Positions 55,201 to 63,336 of a stretch of 64,000 nt of DNA are shown here, one piece after another (within the stretch, counting starts at the first letter, position 1; each line of letters starts with the position of its first letter). The notes beneath the pieces are model-generated. The model saw nothing but the letters and a program-made list of their open reading frames with translations, was not told the origin of the DNA and ran no database searches. The position numbers and the translations under genes are program-made. The stretch lies in the IMG/VR virus record IMGVR_UViG_3300037963_003542, one strand, 5' to 3'. Source of the stretch: a virus.

Positions 55201-57948
55201 GAAATTACCCTACCATTCAAGATCTCTCCTGGTAAGAAACCATTTGATGCTGCCAATGATGTTGATGTTTCTAATGATCTGATTACTATTCCTAACCACT
55301 TCTTCTCAGCTGGTACTCGCGTAATTTATGATGCGAATGGCAATGCCGATGTTGGTGGTCTGACAACTAACACTGACTACTATATCATTGTTAAAGATAA
55401 TAATGATGTTCAACTTGCTGCATCGCTTGCCGATGCTGTTGCTGCAGTCCCAACTCCTATCACAATCTCAGGAACCTCAACTGGTACGCACAGATTGATT
55501 ACTGCTAACCTGTCTGGTCTTGTTACTGGTGCAGGTACAGTTGCTTGTACTAACCAGTCCAGAAAAATCATTGGTACTGATACTCAGTTCAAGCGTTACT
55601 TCAAGATTGGTGATGTTGTCACTCTTATTGACACAACTACATCACCAACTGGTACACTCCATGAGCGCAGAATTACTGCAATTAAGGATGACCAAGAAAT
55701 GCTGGTTAACGAGGAAGTTACATTTACTGACTCTAACGCTAAGTACTTCATTCCTACCTTCATCTATGTACGTCCTGATGGATACTTCCTCCACAGACCA
55801 TTTGATGGTGGTATGGAAATTGGTACTTCCAAGTCTCCTGACGGTCTCATCTGTCGTCAAACTCGTAAGTACTTCCGTTATCAGTCAGGTAAAGGTATCC
55901 AGACCTCATTCGCTATCAACTTCATTCCACAGAACCAGATTGTTCTACTTTCCTACACCCCACAAGGTACTCCAGGAACTTATACATTCAGTGGTACTGC
56001 TGGAGAATTTGAAGCAACTGTTAGTGAAGGAACTGCCAACCTCGCAGCTGGCATGGAAGTCGTATCAGGAACTGGTCTTGCATCAACCTGTGTGATCAAC
56101 ACAATTATTGATGCTAATACAGTAGAATTGTCTTCTGCTCTGACACAGACAATTACGAATGAATCAGTTGTATTGGATGTTGCTAAGTATTCTACAATCA
56201 AGGCTCAAAGACCTCATAACGTTGAAGTCGGAACAATCATTACTATTACTCAATCTGACGTTGAGCAATATAATGGAGACTTCGCTGTTTCTGAGATCAT
56301 TAATGACTTTGAGTTCAGAATCCAAGTTAAGGATCTTCCTAACAACGTTTCTGCATCTGGTGGATTCCCACAATTCGGTGTTAAGAACTGGATTAACTCT
56401 GCTGTTCGTGCTGGTATGTTCGACTTCCAGAACGGATTCTTCTTCGAGTATGATGGCGACACTCTGAATTGTGTAAGAAGATCTTCAGTCCAACAGTTAA
56501 CTGGTACTCTCTCAGTAACACTGAATAGTTCAGTGGTTGAAGGTACTGAAACTCTGTTTACATCACAACTTGCAGAAGGCGATAACATTGTTATTCGTGG
56601 TATGACACATAGAGTTGTCAAGATCAGAAACAACAATGAATTGGTTATGCAACCTGCATATCGTGGTGTTACTAACACTAACGTTATCGGTACTAAGACT
56701 GTTGATGTTAGAACAGGTCAGGCAAACTGGAACATTGATAAGTGTGATGGTAATGGAGTCTCAGGATTCGTCCTTGACATCAACAGAATCCAGATGTGCT
56801 ACATGGATTACTCCTGGTACGGTGCTGGTAAGATCCGTTATGGATTCAAGGATCAGAACGGTCACGTCAAGTACGTCCACGAATACAAGCACAACAACCG
56901 CTTACGCGAATCGTACTTCCGTTCAGGTAACCTGCCTGCTCGTTACGAAATTGAAAACACTGGTTCACCTAACTTCGTACCATCGCTGTTCCACTGGGGT
57001 ACTTCAGTCATTATGGACGGTATGTTCCAGGATGACGAAGCGTACTTGTTCACGGCGTCAGGTAACGTCCTTAAGTTTACCAACGCTTCTACGCAGACTT
57101 CAACTTCCAACGGAAATGCAATTGTTATTGAGTCTAGAATTTCCTGGTGGAACTCAATCTACTTCATCAGAATTCCATTCAACACTAGCGAAACATCCAA
57201 ACTGACAGTTAACACGCAAATCTATAACAATAGCGTTGCTAATAACTACTTTGCTGAAGGTCGTATCATTGACTCCAGATCTAGTACATCTGGTTCCACA
57301 TATTATGTTTGGATTCAGTACCTTAGCAATGCACAGAGTGTCTTCCCCAGAAGATATTCTTCACAGGTTGCTTCTGCTCTTGGTGGATCTTCAAACAACG
57401 TATTCGGAAGCACTACATTCAACGCTGGTGCGCCTGCTGGATCTGATAACAAGATTCCTGATTACATGCCTCTGGTTTCTATTAGACTTGCACCTTCGGT
57501 TGACTCCTCTATCACTGGTGCTCTGGGTCAAAGAGAAATCATCAACCGAATGCAGTTGGCACTTGAATCAGTTGGTGTACAGTTGACGCACGACTCTGAG
57601 GTTACACTGATTCTGAATGCTGAACTGAGTACTGACCTTTACGAAGATGTATCCTCACCTTCACTCTGTCAGCTGGTTAAGCACACTGCTAATGAAACCA
57701 TCTCGGGCGGTCAGAGAATTCTCTCCTTCCGCGCAACTGGTGGAGATAACTTCAGTTCCCAGACTACTGACTATGACTTGAGCGAGATCTCCTCACTGGG
57801 TAACTCAATTCTTGGTGGTGATGGTGTCTATCCTAACGGACCTGACCTTCTCACAATTATCGCAGAAGTTATTGACTCCTCTGGTGTCAGCACCAGCACT
57901 CCTTATTCCGCTTCTGCTAGAATTACCTGGAAGGAATCTCAGGCATAA
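52201..57948 (+). CDS. large tail-fibre-associated / receptor-binding protein (1915 aa)
   Basis: N-terminal RLLLITN.T.N..IYNFADP; K.RVSTP..LIDTDFEYG.Q..KWE; C-terminal YQSGKG...S, QM...DYSWYGAG.IR.G, SGNLP.RYE, SIRLAP. Confidence 0.75.
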   Translation: MAKKLAHNYSFDASERQVRIDGNISHDRLLLITNITDNVNIYNFADPTLKATAIEYDEFTEETVITLAHDTNQMSDSDTLQIFYEKDYIAMEPSETYVDPVSKFRVSTPENLIDTDFEYGPQASKWETLQLINQIPSFFSSTSDTTIQLIESVESTQDNELITVKTGFEHGLASGTPITVTGLTSITAEGTYLIQSVPNTTSFTYKARARQLNSARLEGTYTSIIPGQFFQGSQITVDTSVGITSDYFEVAVTVLNTIEIDTGSVVSGTWAIGNSVSSDGGATGILSKRDGTKIWLRDVVGTFSPADTIVITGSSVTYTVSSAGGGKNVFFLDDVQQPSYNLRKKAIYDFDLSSATLTGHTFKFSETVDGIFGPDGYAAGDPNDTGDAGTEYVTFVKMTGTPGSAGAYLRIYTTNATPDLNYYCSNHSGMGGASPSVYVTDTKVLLRTVAEHGFADDTNFYFVNSISPKALDVVDSAATAPDGRPYVDHVDSLSISASPDQDETIPYDNESTYTLKFSESAVNYSADTITYENHGLQNGYALLYYPAPGDTPIGGLSRMCVYYAERIDANNFKLHDSQRVNILKNLSAGGTWTFGNHNLGLCYNTRREYKSWGDEYMYYYTYYWSNRGTYSGHDFSSNTAPYNSTYGLGNQAWDFVAAFSIRRPGFGNSGHNRYTNNYEWTQRFGTNWQTYGYNLQTLPMGTTAIYQGDYDFITDNYNHGVNGDNTGGYSYGYTYGGYNRVNGRSYWTSTIWGDNMNSDRLRIYGNDYSYWRYQGDADGWWASRSGYRDTNDRYHGGVSEDGRTNMYFMLCKRNTSTNDSFYVEGGHRFSTNDFVTLTVNSGQGIRYYTNRTTGVSTYNTGSQFYIEVVDENRFRLKTSTGSSPVRIAAANGDYSFDGVVTNIFKNSFYITNNQFSNGELILVTEDVGASLPPEIANNGSYYFRAIDGNRFQLLTNATDSNEIDLSTGGTGLVTFENASASFGAVDGSYTTTRAIDEFTLEITLPFKISPGKKPFDAANDVDVSNDLITIPNHFFSAGTRVIYDANGNADVGGLTTNTDYYIIVKDNNDVQLAASLADAVAAVPTPITISGTSTGTHRLITANLSGLVTGAGTVACTNQSRKIIGTDTQFKRYFKIGDVVTLIDTTTSPTGTLHERRITAIKDDQEMLVNEEVTFTDSNAKYFIPTFIYVRPDGYFLHRPFDGGMEIGTSKSPDGLICRQTRKYFRYQSGKGIQTSFAINFIPQNQIVLLSYTPQGTPGTYTFSGTAGEFEATVSEGTANLAAGMEVVSGTGLASTCVINTIIDANTVELSSALTQTITNESVVLDVAKYSTIKAQRPHNVEVGTIITITQSDVEQYNGDFAVSEIINDFEFRIQVKDLPNNVSASGGFPQFGVKNWINSAVRAGMFDFQNGFFFEYDGDTLNCVRRSSVQQLTGTLSVTLNSSVVEGTETLFTSQLAEGDNIVIRGMTHRVVKIRNNNELVMQPAYRGVTNTNVIGTKTVDVRTGQANWNIDKCDGNGVSGFVLDINRIQMCYMDYSWYGAGKIRYGFKDQNGHVKYVHEYKHNNRLRESYFRSGNLPARYEIENTGSPNFVPSLFHWGTSVIMDGMFQDDEAYLFTASGNVLKFTNASTQTSTSNGNAIVIESRISWWNSIYFIRIPFNTSETSKLTVNTQIYNNSVANNYFAEGRIIDSRSSTSGSTYYVWIQYLSNAQSVFPRRYSSQVASALGGSSNNVFGSTTFNAGAPAGSDNKIPDYMPLVSIRLAPSVDSSITGALGQREIINRMQLALESVGVQLTHDSEVTLILNAELSTDLYEDVSSPSLCQLVKHTANETISGGQRILSFRATGGDNFSSQTTDYDLSEISSLGNSILGGDGVYPNGPDLLTIIAEVIDSSGVSTSTPYSASARITWKESQA

Positions 57949-57950
57949 TT

Positions 57951-57958
57951 TATAAATA
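57951..57958 (+). promoter_or_regulatory. late promoter TATAAATA
   Basis: Exact consensus 23 nt upstream of 57982. Confidence 0.75.
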
Positions 57959-57981
57959 CTAACACGGAGTTAAAACAACAA

Positions 57982-58305
57982 ATGGAAGTATCTGCTAAAA
58001 TTAACATTAACCCCTATTTGGGGTCCAGAGGTTCTAAAGGAAGAACAATGAATGTCACCGAAGAGCAGTTTGCAACTGCTCTTGCGGCTTGTAACTGGGA
58101 ATGGCATGACATCACTGATGATGCTACTGACGAACAACTTGCTGCATATGAAACTGCTAAAGCTTCATATGAGTTAGTTGCTAGTATGTACGATGCACTT
58201 CTTGCTAAGTATAGCAAGGACAAAAAAGCGAGAAAAAAAGTTCATCTTCAGTATAATGCTGCTGCTCCAGACATGTACAAGAAAGAACCTGAACAAATGT
58301 GGTGA
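57982..58305 (+). CDS. hypothetical late protein (107 aa)
   Basis: Late promoter, GGAG SD and a downstream terminator. Confidence 0.75.
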   Translation: MEVSAKININPYLGSRGSKGRTMNVTEEQFATALAACNWEWHDITDDATDEQLAAYETAKASYELVASMYDALLAKYSKDKKARKKVHLQYNAAAPDMYKKEPEQMW

Positions 58306-58320
58306 TTAATTTATCACAAA

Positions 58321-58350
58321 AAAAAGACCGCCCTTCGGGGCGGTTTTTTA
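58321..58350. terminator. bidirectional terminator between convergent genes
   Basis: A-tract, ACCGCCC-TTCG-GGGCGGT, T-tract. Confidence 0.88.
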
Positions 58351-58354
58351 ATGC

Positions 58355-59155
58355 TTAGCGAAGAACAGCAACTAAAGAATATCTAATTGTATTCGGAACA
58401 TCTGATCTAAAATACACACTATGCCAATACTTTCCTTTATATAAAGAAACTGAATTAAAATCTGCTGAGATTTTATGATATTGAGCGAAGTCTTTATCAC
58501 CACTATAATATGGCCAAGGAGTTACATCTGAAGAATTTTCAACATAAGAATCTAATGAAGATTTATATTTTAACACATCATTAGAATTTCCAGATCTGAA
58601 CAACTCTTCATTGGTGTAGTACTCTTTTTCATCTCCAATAAATTTATAAAAGGAGGTTCCAGTATCTTCAACGTCTGTTAGATATATATTTCCAGCATAT
58701 TTAAATTGGTCTAAATGCGGTCTATAATTTAACCTATAGGATTTCATTCCAGAATAAATGCAGTTGGTATAGAATTCCCACAATGGAGGAGACCAACCAT
58801 AATGAACTAATTTATTTTTCTCCATAATATTATGGAGACTTTTGGAAATTGATTTAAACCAGAAAGCATTCATTACTTGCTGAAATCCTGGAGATTTACT
58901 TCCTCTAACATTTTCCCCACCATTCACTAAAGTTTTCATTAGGTCTTCGGCAGGAAAATTAATAAGAAAATTCCTAAGATCAACAGGATTCTTAAGAAAA
59001 TTTCTTATTTTCAGATATTCCAGTTTCTCTACCTTACATACTTCTATATCGCAATCAGGATTGACTTGAGTAATTTCTTCAATTTCTTGATATGAACATC
59101 TATAAAATTGATCCAAAGAAATATTATTCTTCGGATCAATTACATTATCACTCAT
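58355..59155 (-). CDS. DUF6445-like 2OG-Fe(II)-type protein
   Basis: I.NF..NP..LR; PG.Q; RPHLD (HxD); YAGNIYL; GTSFY; FN...LY.G..WHS; RYSL. Confidence 0.65.
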   Translation of the reverse strand: MSDNVIDPKNNISLDQFYRCSYQEIEEITQVNPDCDIEVCKVEKLEYLKIRNFLKNPVDLRNFLINFPAEDLMKTLVNGGENVRGSKSPGFQQVMNAFWFKSISKSLHNIMEKNKLVHYGWSPPLWEFYTNCIYSGMKSYRLNYRPHLDQFKYAGNIYLTDVEDTGTSFYKFIGDEKEYYTNEELFRSGNSNDVLKYKSSLDSYVENSSDVTPWPYYSGDKDFAQYHKISADFNSVSLYKGKYWHSVYFRSDVPNTIRYSLVAVLR

Positions 59156-59993
59156 AATCTTGATCTTCTGCTGGGGTATAACTACATGCTAAAGAGTATC
59201 TGAGATTCTTTTCTGTTGATGCATCATAATCTGCATTATGCCAGAAAGCTCCTTTATATGCTGTGAGTGTATTAAATTTAAATGGAGCGGTATGATATCT
59301 CTCAAAAACATGATGATTGTCAGGAATAGAAATATAAGTTTCTGGAGACAGATCATCAACTTGTTGAAGTGAATTCAATAATTTACTCAACTCTACTCTG
59401 TCCTCAAGTTCAGTAACCTCAGATAAAGAAACCACTGATGGATATTTCTCATCTTTGAACTTGAGATTATAAAATGACGTACCACCGCCAATTTCTTCTT
59501 CACTAAGATATACATTAAATCCAAACATAGATTGATCAAATCTAGGCATAAAATTATTATGCCAATTCTTCATGTTTGGTCTAAAAATATTTGTATAATA
59601 TGAGAATTGAGCAAGTTGATTGCTCAAACCATTCATATCTTGTGCAGCCCAATAATCTTTTTCAACAAAATCATAATCTACAAGAAGTTTATATAAAATA
59701 AATGACACTCCTTCCAGATAGGAATTTGGAATGATTTGCTGCTCTCCAGGAGGTTTAATCATAAATTGATTGGGATCTTCAGATTGCTGAAGTTCTTCAA
59801 AAAATCTATCTTTATTCTGTACTGGAAATTTTTTTAATGCCTCTATAACTGCATCGGGATCACTAAAGAAATCATGAACAGTGATAATAGTTAGATCATC
59901 AATAACTTGCTTTTCGACCTCAAAATTTTTGTTGATTTCAAATGCGTACTTAAAATCAACCTGACTAAACTCATCATATTTTACATTAATCAT
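59148..59993 (-). CDS. DUF6445-like paralogue with HxD replaced by RxD
   Basis: VHDFF.DP; PG.QQ; MPRFD; FNVYL; GTSFY; FNTL..Y.G..WHN; RYSL. Confidence 0.65.
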   Translation of the reverse strand: MINVKYDEFSQVDFKYAFEINKNFEVEKQVIDDLTIITVHDFFSDPDAVIEALKKFPVQNKDRFFEELQQSEDPNQFMIKPPGEQQIIPNSYLEGVSFILYKLLVDYDFVEKDYWAAQDMNGLSNQLAQFSYYTNIFRPNMKNWHNNFMPRFDQSMFGFNVYLSEEEIGGGTSFYNLKFKDEKYPSVVSLSEVTELEDRVELSKLLNSLQQVDDLSPETYISIPDNHHVFERYHTAPFKFNTLTAYKGAFWHNADYDASTEKNLRYSLACSYTPAEDQDYE

Positions 59994-60430
59994 GCTTCAA
60001 TCTCCTCCTCTCTTCCTTGTCCGTCCAGCGCAGATGCATCAATACCTTGAGTAACAACAGTCTTATCAGTATTTACTGTTACTCTATTCGTATGTTGCTC
60101 TAGATAATGCTGAACGATTGTACTGTATGCTTCAGTAACTACTTTGTGAGGATCGTAAATACAATCAATGAAGTCATACTGCAAATCAAATTCTCTCGTC
60201 GATGCTAGAGGACACCAAGATCTGAATGCATATGATGCTGGAGTTTCATCTCCACCACCAACTTCAGTATTATTTTCAGTCAAAGTAAGTTTTTCTTCAA
60301 ATTTATAATCAACAACATAAGGGTGTTCGATTCTATATCCCAATGCTTTATTTTGTCCCTGATCAATAACTTCTCTTACGTCAGCAATAACAGTTTCTCC
60401 TGTACGAAGGAGACAGACTTTGATACTCAT
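59990..60430 (-). CDS. conserved cyanophage hypothetical protein (start MSIKVC at 60430; track start 60481)
   Basis: GGAG SD just upstream of ATG 60430; I.V.LL.TGE.VIADV.E...GY....P.V...W.PL pattern. Confidence 0.7.
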   Translation of the reverse strand: MSIKVCLLRTGETVIADVREVIDQGQNKALGYRIEHPYVVDYKFEEKLTLTENNTEVGGGDETPASYAFRSWCPLASTREFDLQYDFIDCIYDPHKVVTEAYSTIVQHYLEQHTNRVTVNTDKTVVTQGIDASALDGQGREEEIEA

Positions 60431-60452
60431 GAAAAACTCCAGATTTGAATAA

Positions 60453-60481
60453 ATTATAGTACGGTTTGCAGTACTCGTCAA
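60453..60481 (-). promoter_or_regulatory. sigma70 promoter driving the minus-strand operon
   Basis: Minus strand TTGACG, 17 nt, TATAAT; the spacer holds the palindrome AGTAC-N8-GTACT. Confidence 0.8.
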
Positions 60482-60551
60482 GCTATTCTCCGCTTTTTCG
60501 GAGTACTCATGGTAATATATATAATATTAGTCAAGGTAATTTTTTTAGAAT

Positions 60552-60902
60552 ATGGCTCTGATATCCGAACTGCCAATTTTTCAAGTTGCACAAGAAGCAG
60601 AAGAAAAGCATGGCGTAGATACTCATATGGTGATTGAAGTGGTTTTAAAACCTTATGTCGCAGAAGCTCTTGAGGGCGACGATGAGGATTATGATCCATC
60701 GTATGTTGGAGAGGATGATGTTTATTGGTGGGTCGAATTTGAAAATGAGATCAAAGTGTTTGATTCATTTGCTGTCGTCAAAGATTATCTTTTGAACAAA
60801 GCAGTTAAAACTGGAGATGGTCCTACTGTGGAGTTCCGTGACGAAGATCTCAATGGAGAAGAACTTAGTTATGAGGGATTAATTAATGGCAACGTTGATT
60901 GA
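60552..60902 (+). CDS. acidic hypothetical protein (116 aa)
   Basis: ORF track; first gene of an overlapping + strand operon. Confidence 0.7.
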   Translation: MALISELPIFQVAQEAEEKHGVDTHMVIEVVLKPYVAEALEGDDEDYDPSYVGEDDVYWWVEFENEIKVFDSFAVVKDYLLNKAVKTGDGPTVEFRDEDLNGEELSYEGLINGNVD

Positions 60903-61479
60903 ACTTTTTCCTAAGTCTGTATATGTACAAGATAATGTTTGTGCTGATCACCTAGAAGATTTAAAATCTGCTGTATACGATCTCAAAAATAAAACAATAA
61001 GATCTCCTCTGCTTAATGTAGATACCTCACACTCTAGGATTAAAGATCTCCAAACTAAAAAACCTTTTGATATTCTATCAAAAGAAATTCTAACTCATGT
61101 TAGATCTTATATGAAAGAGTATGGGTATAGAAAAACTAAAAATGCTTACATTGAAAATTTTTGGTTTAATGTAAGCGGTCAATCAGACTATCTGTTTCCA
61201 CATATACATTATGGATCATTCCTTTCTGGAGCATTCTATATAAAAACTCAACCAGAAAATATGATTCTATTTCATGATGAAAATAAAAATTACTATGAAG
61301 ATCCAGAAGTTCTAACAAAATTTAGTGAGACCATACACCCACTTCAATGTAAAAATGGAAGACTGATTATATTCTCAAGTGACTTCCATCACTCAACTCC
61401 TCCTCAACAATCAAAGGGAGATAAAATTGTAATATCATTTAACATATCATTGGAGAGAAAAAATTATGGCACGAACTAA
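60886..61479 (+). CDS. 2OG-Fe(II) oxygenase-like protein, TIGR02466 type
   Basis: N-terminal LFPKSVY; W.NV; PHIH (HxH) ..SFLSGAFYI; IFSS..HH; KIVISFNI. Confidence 0.8.
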   Translation: MATLIELFPKSVYVQDNVCADHLEDLKSAVYDLKNKTIRSPLLNVDTSHSRIKDLQTKKPFDILSKEILTHVRSYMKEYGYRKTKNAYIENFWFNVSGQSDYLFPHIHYGSFLSGAFYIKTQPENMILFHDENKNYYEDPEVLTKFSETIHPLQCKNGRLIIFSSDFHHSTPPQQSKGDKIVISFNISLERKNYGTN

Positions 61480-62050
61480 TTACACGATTGGAATTTTTGA
61501 TTTACCAATAAAAGTATTGCCAGTTTTTTCTTGGGACAGGAAGAAAGAAGAAATCCTAGCACTCAAAACTGATAATCTAAAAAAAGTAAAGCACGAAAAT
61601 ATCATAACAGATTTTAGGCACAGTTCTAAAAAATCACATAACTATTCAAAAAAACTCGAAGAAATTTTCTATGATGAACTGCAGTTAATTTATAGAGAAT
61701 TTAACTTAAAAGATTATTTTATAAGAAATTCTTGGATGGAAGTTGCAGAGAAAACCATGAATCATGCTGTACATAATCATGGTGCCATTGGTTTTAGTGC
61801 AGTTGTATTCGTAGACTTTGATCCTAAGGTACACACTCCAACTCAGTTCATATCACCATATGGAGATTGGGAGACTGGAACAACAAAAACATTTGTACCT
61901 AGAGGAATTGAAGAAGGATCTTTATTAGTGTTTCCATCTATGTTGAATCACTACACAGACCCAAATAATAGTGATATCCCTAGAACTATACTATCATTCA
62001 ATATCAATAGAAAAGCAGAGTCAATGTATCCTTCGGAGTACGAATCATGA
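61466..62050 (+). CDS. 2OG-Fe(II) oxygenase-like protein, TIGR02466 type
   Basis: SW.EV; VHNH (HxH) GAIGFSAVVFV; EEG.LLVFPS.L.HY; RTILSFNI. Confidence 0.8.
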   Translation: MARTNYTIGIFDLPIKVLPVFSWDRKKEEILALKTDNLKKVKHENIITDFRHSSKKSHNYSKKLEEIFYDELQLIYREFNLKDYFIRNSWMEVAEKTMNHAVHNHGAIGFSAVVFVDFDPKVHTPTQFISPYGDWETGTTKTFVPRGIEEGSLLVFPSMLNHYTDPNNSDIPRTILSFNINRKAESMYPSEYES

Positions 62051-63294
62051 GAGTAGCAATTATAGGAAAAGGAATTAGTTCTATCATTCAAGCATGTACT
62101 ATTCTTGATTATAGGAGAAGGAGTAATGACGTAGAAGTCTCTATTTTTTACGATCCTAACATACCTCCAATTTCAGTTGGAGAATCTAGTACAAATCATT
62201 TTATCAACTTATTAAATGATACTCTTGGTATAACCCTAGAAGAATTATTTGAACAGGATATTGCAACCAAGAAACGAGGAGTAGTATTTTTAAATTGGGG
62301 CGAAGGAATCCCATTCATACATGGTTTCGGTGATGGCAATAAGTATCCCATTAATGGAGACTCTGGTTTATATGCTTTTCAATTTGATACAGTAGTATTA
62401 AATGAATATGTTACCCAAAAATTAAAAGATAAGGGAGTCAAATATATTCCAGAAAAAGTAGAGACTCAGACAGAGAAAGAAAACTGTATCGAACTTAATG
62501 GAAGAGAATTCGATTTTGTGATCAACTGCACTGGATGGAATTTTGATAAATCATTGAATGAAACTCCTAGATTCCATTCAGTAAATGCTGGATATTTATA
62601 TTCAGATGAAAGTTTCAACCTCACTGATGATATTGTTGCAACTGATCTCACCGTACATAATGCAACTGAAGATGGATGGGAATTCAACCTACCATTCCCA
62701 TGTAAGGGTGTTATGAAAAAAGGTTACTTATTCAATACTGATTATATCAGTCCAGAAGAAGTTACTGAAAAAATGAAATCTCGCGGCAAAGAAGGTAAAG
62801 TAATTACATGGCGTCCTAAAAGATCTAAACGTTTAATCGAATCTAAATTTACTTCTGCCAATGGTAATAGATTATTTTTTGTAGAACCTTTGCAGGCATA
62901 CTCTGTGGTTATGTACATTACTTTTGGATACATGACTGCTCATTATATTTTCTCAGATAAATCTGAGGAGACTCGAAATAAGTTCAATCTAGATTATAGA
63001 GCACATATGATATCATATGAGCAAGAGTTAGCTTGGCATTATCAGTATGGATCTATCTTCAAAGATAGTAAGTTCTGGCAGGATAAAACTAGAGAAGCAA
63101 AAGAAACATGCTATTTCCATCCAACTGCACGCATCGAAGATTTAGATTATCTTGTAGATACCAAAGCTGTGGCATCTAGAAGAAGTATGGTTAAAATTTT
63201 CATGCATAGTTTCAATGATTTGATCTATGTTCATAAGTGGATGAGAAACCTATGGGAGGAAAAAGATCGTCCTAAATTTACTTGGATGAAGTAA
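62047..63294 (+). CDS. tryptophan-halogenase-family flavoprotein
   Basis: Rossmann RVAIIGKG; PISVGES; ATKK.GV.F.NW; A.QFD; DFVI.CTG; GWEF.LP; F.EPL. Confidence 0.8.
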   Translation: MRVAIIGKGISSIIQACTILDYRRRSNDVEVSIFYDPNIPPISVGESSTNHFINLLNDTLGITLEELFEQDIATKKRGVVFLNWGEGIPFIHGFGDGNKYPINGDSGLYAFQFDTVVLNEYVTQKLKDKGVKYIPEKVETQTEKENCIELNGREFDFVINCTGWNFDKSLNETPRFHSVNAGYLYSDESFNLTDDIVATDLTVHNATEDGWEFNLPFPCKGVMKKGYLFNTDYISPEEVTEKMKSRGKEGKVITWRPKRSKRLIESKFTSANGNRLFFVEPLQAYSVVMYITFGYMTAHYIFSDKSEETRNKFNLDYRAHMISYEQELAWHYQYGSIFKDSKFWQDKTREAKETCYFHPTARIEDLDYLVDTKAVASRRSMVKIFMHSFNDLIYVHKWMRNLWEEKDRPKFTWMK

Positions 63295-63296
63295 AG

Positions 63297-63333
63297 TAAT
63301 AAATACCTCTAGGAAACTAGGGGTATTTTTTTA
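63297..63333 (+). terminator. terminator hairpin overlapping the gp13 late promoter
   Basis: AATAAATA (63298-63305) overlaps the stem AAATACCTCTAG-GAAA-CTAGGGGTATTT and its T tract. Confidence 0.7.
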
Positions 63334-63336
63334 TTC

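Noticed and set aside
51971-57948. Diversity-generating retroelement suggested by the Mtd_N domain
   Set aside because: No reverse transcriptase or Avd gene in the window. The near-duplicate blocks compared (e.g. 49284 vs 50145) differ at all base types rather than only at adenines, so they are not TR/VR pairs.
60478-60699. 73-aa minus-strand ORF
   Set aside because: Overlaps the + strand gene at 60552 and the divergent promoter region; the real minus operon starts at 60430 behind its own promoter and SD.
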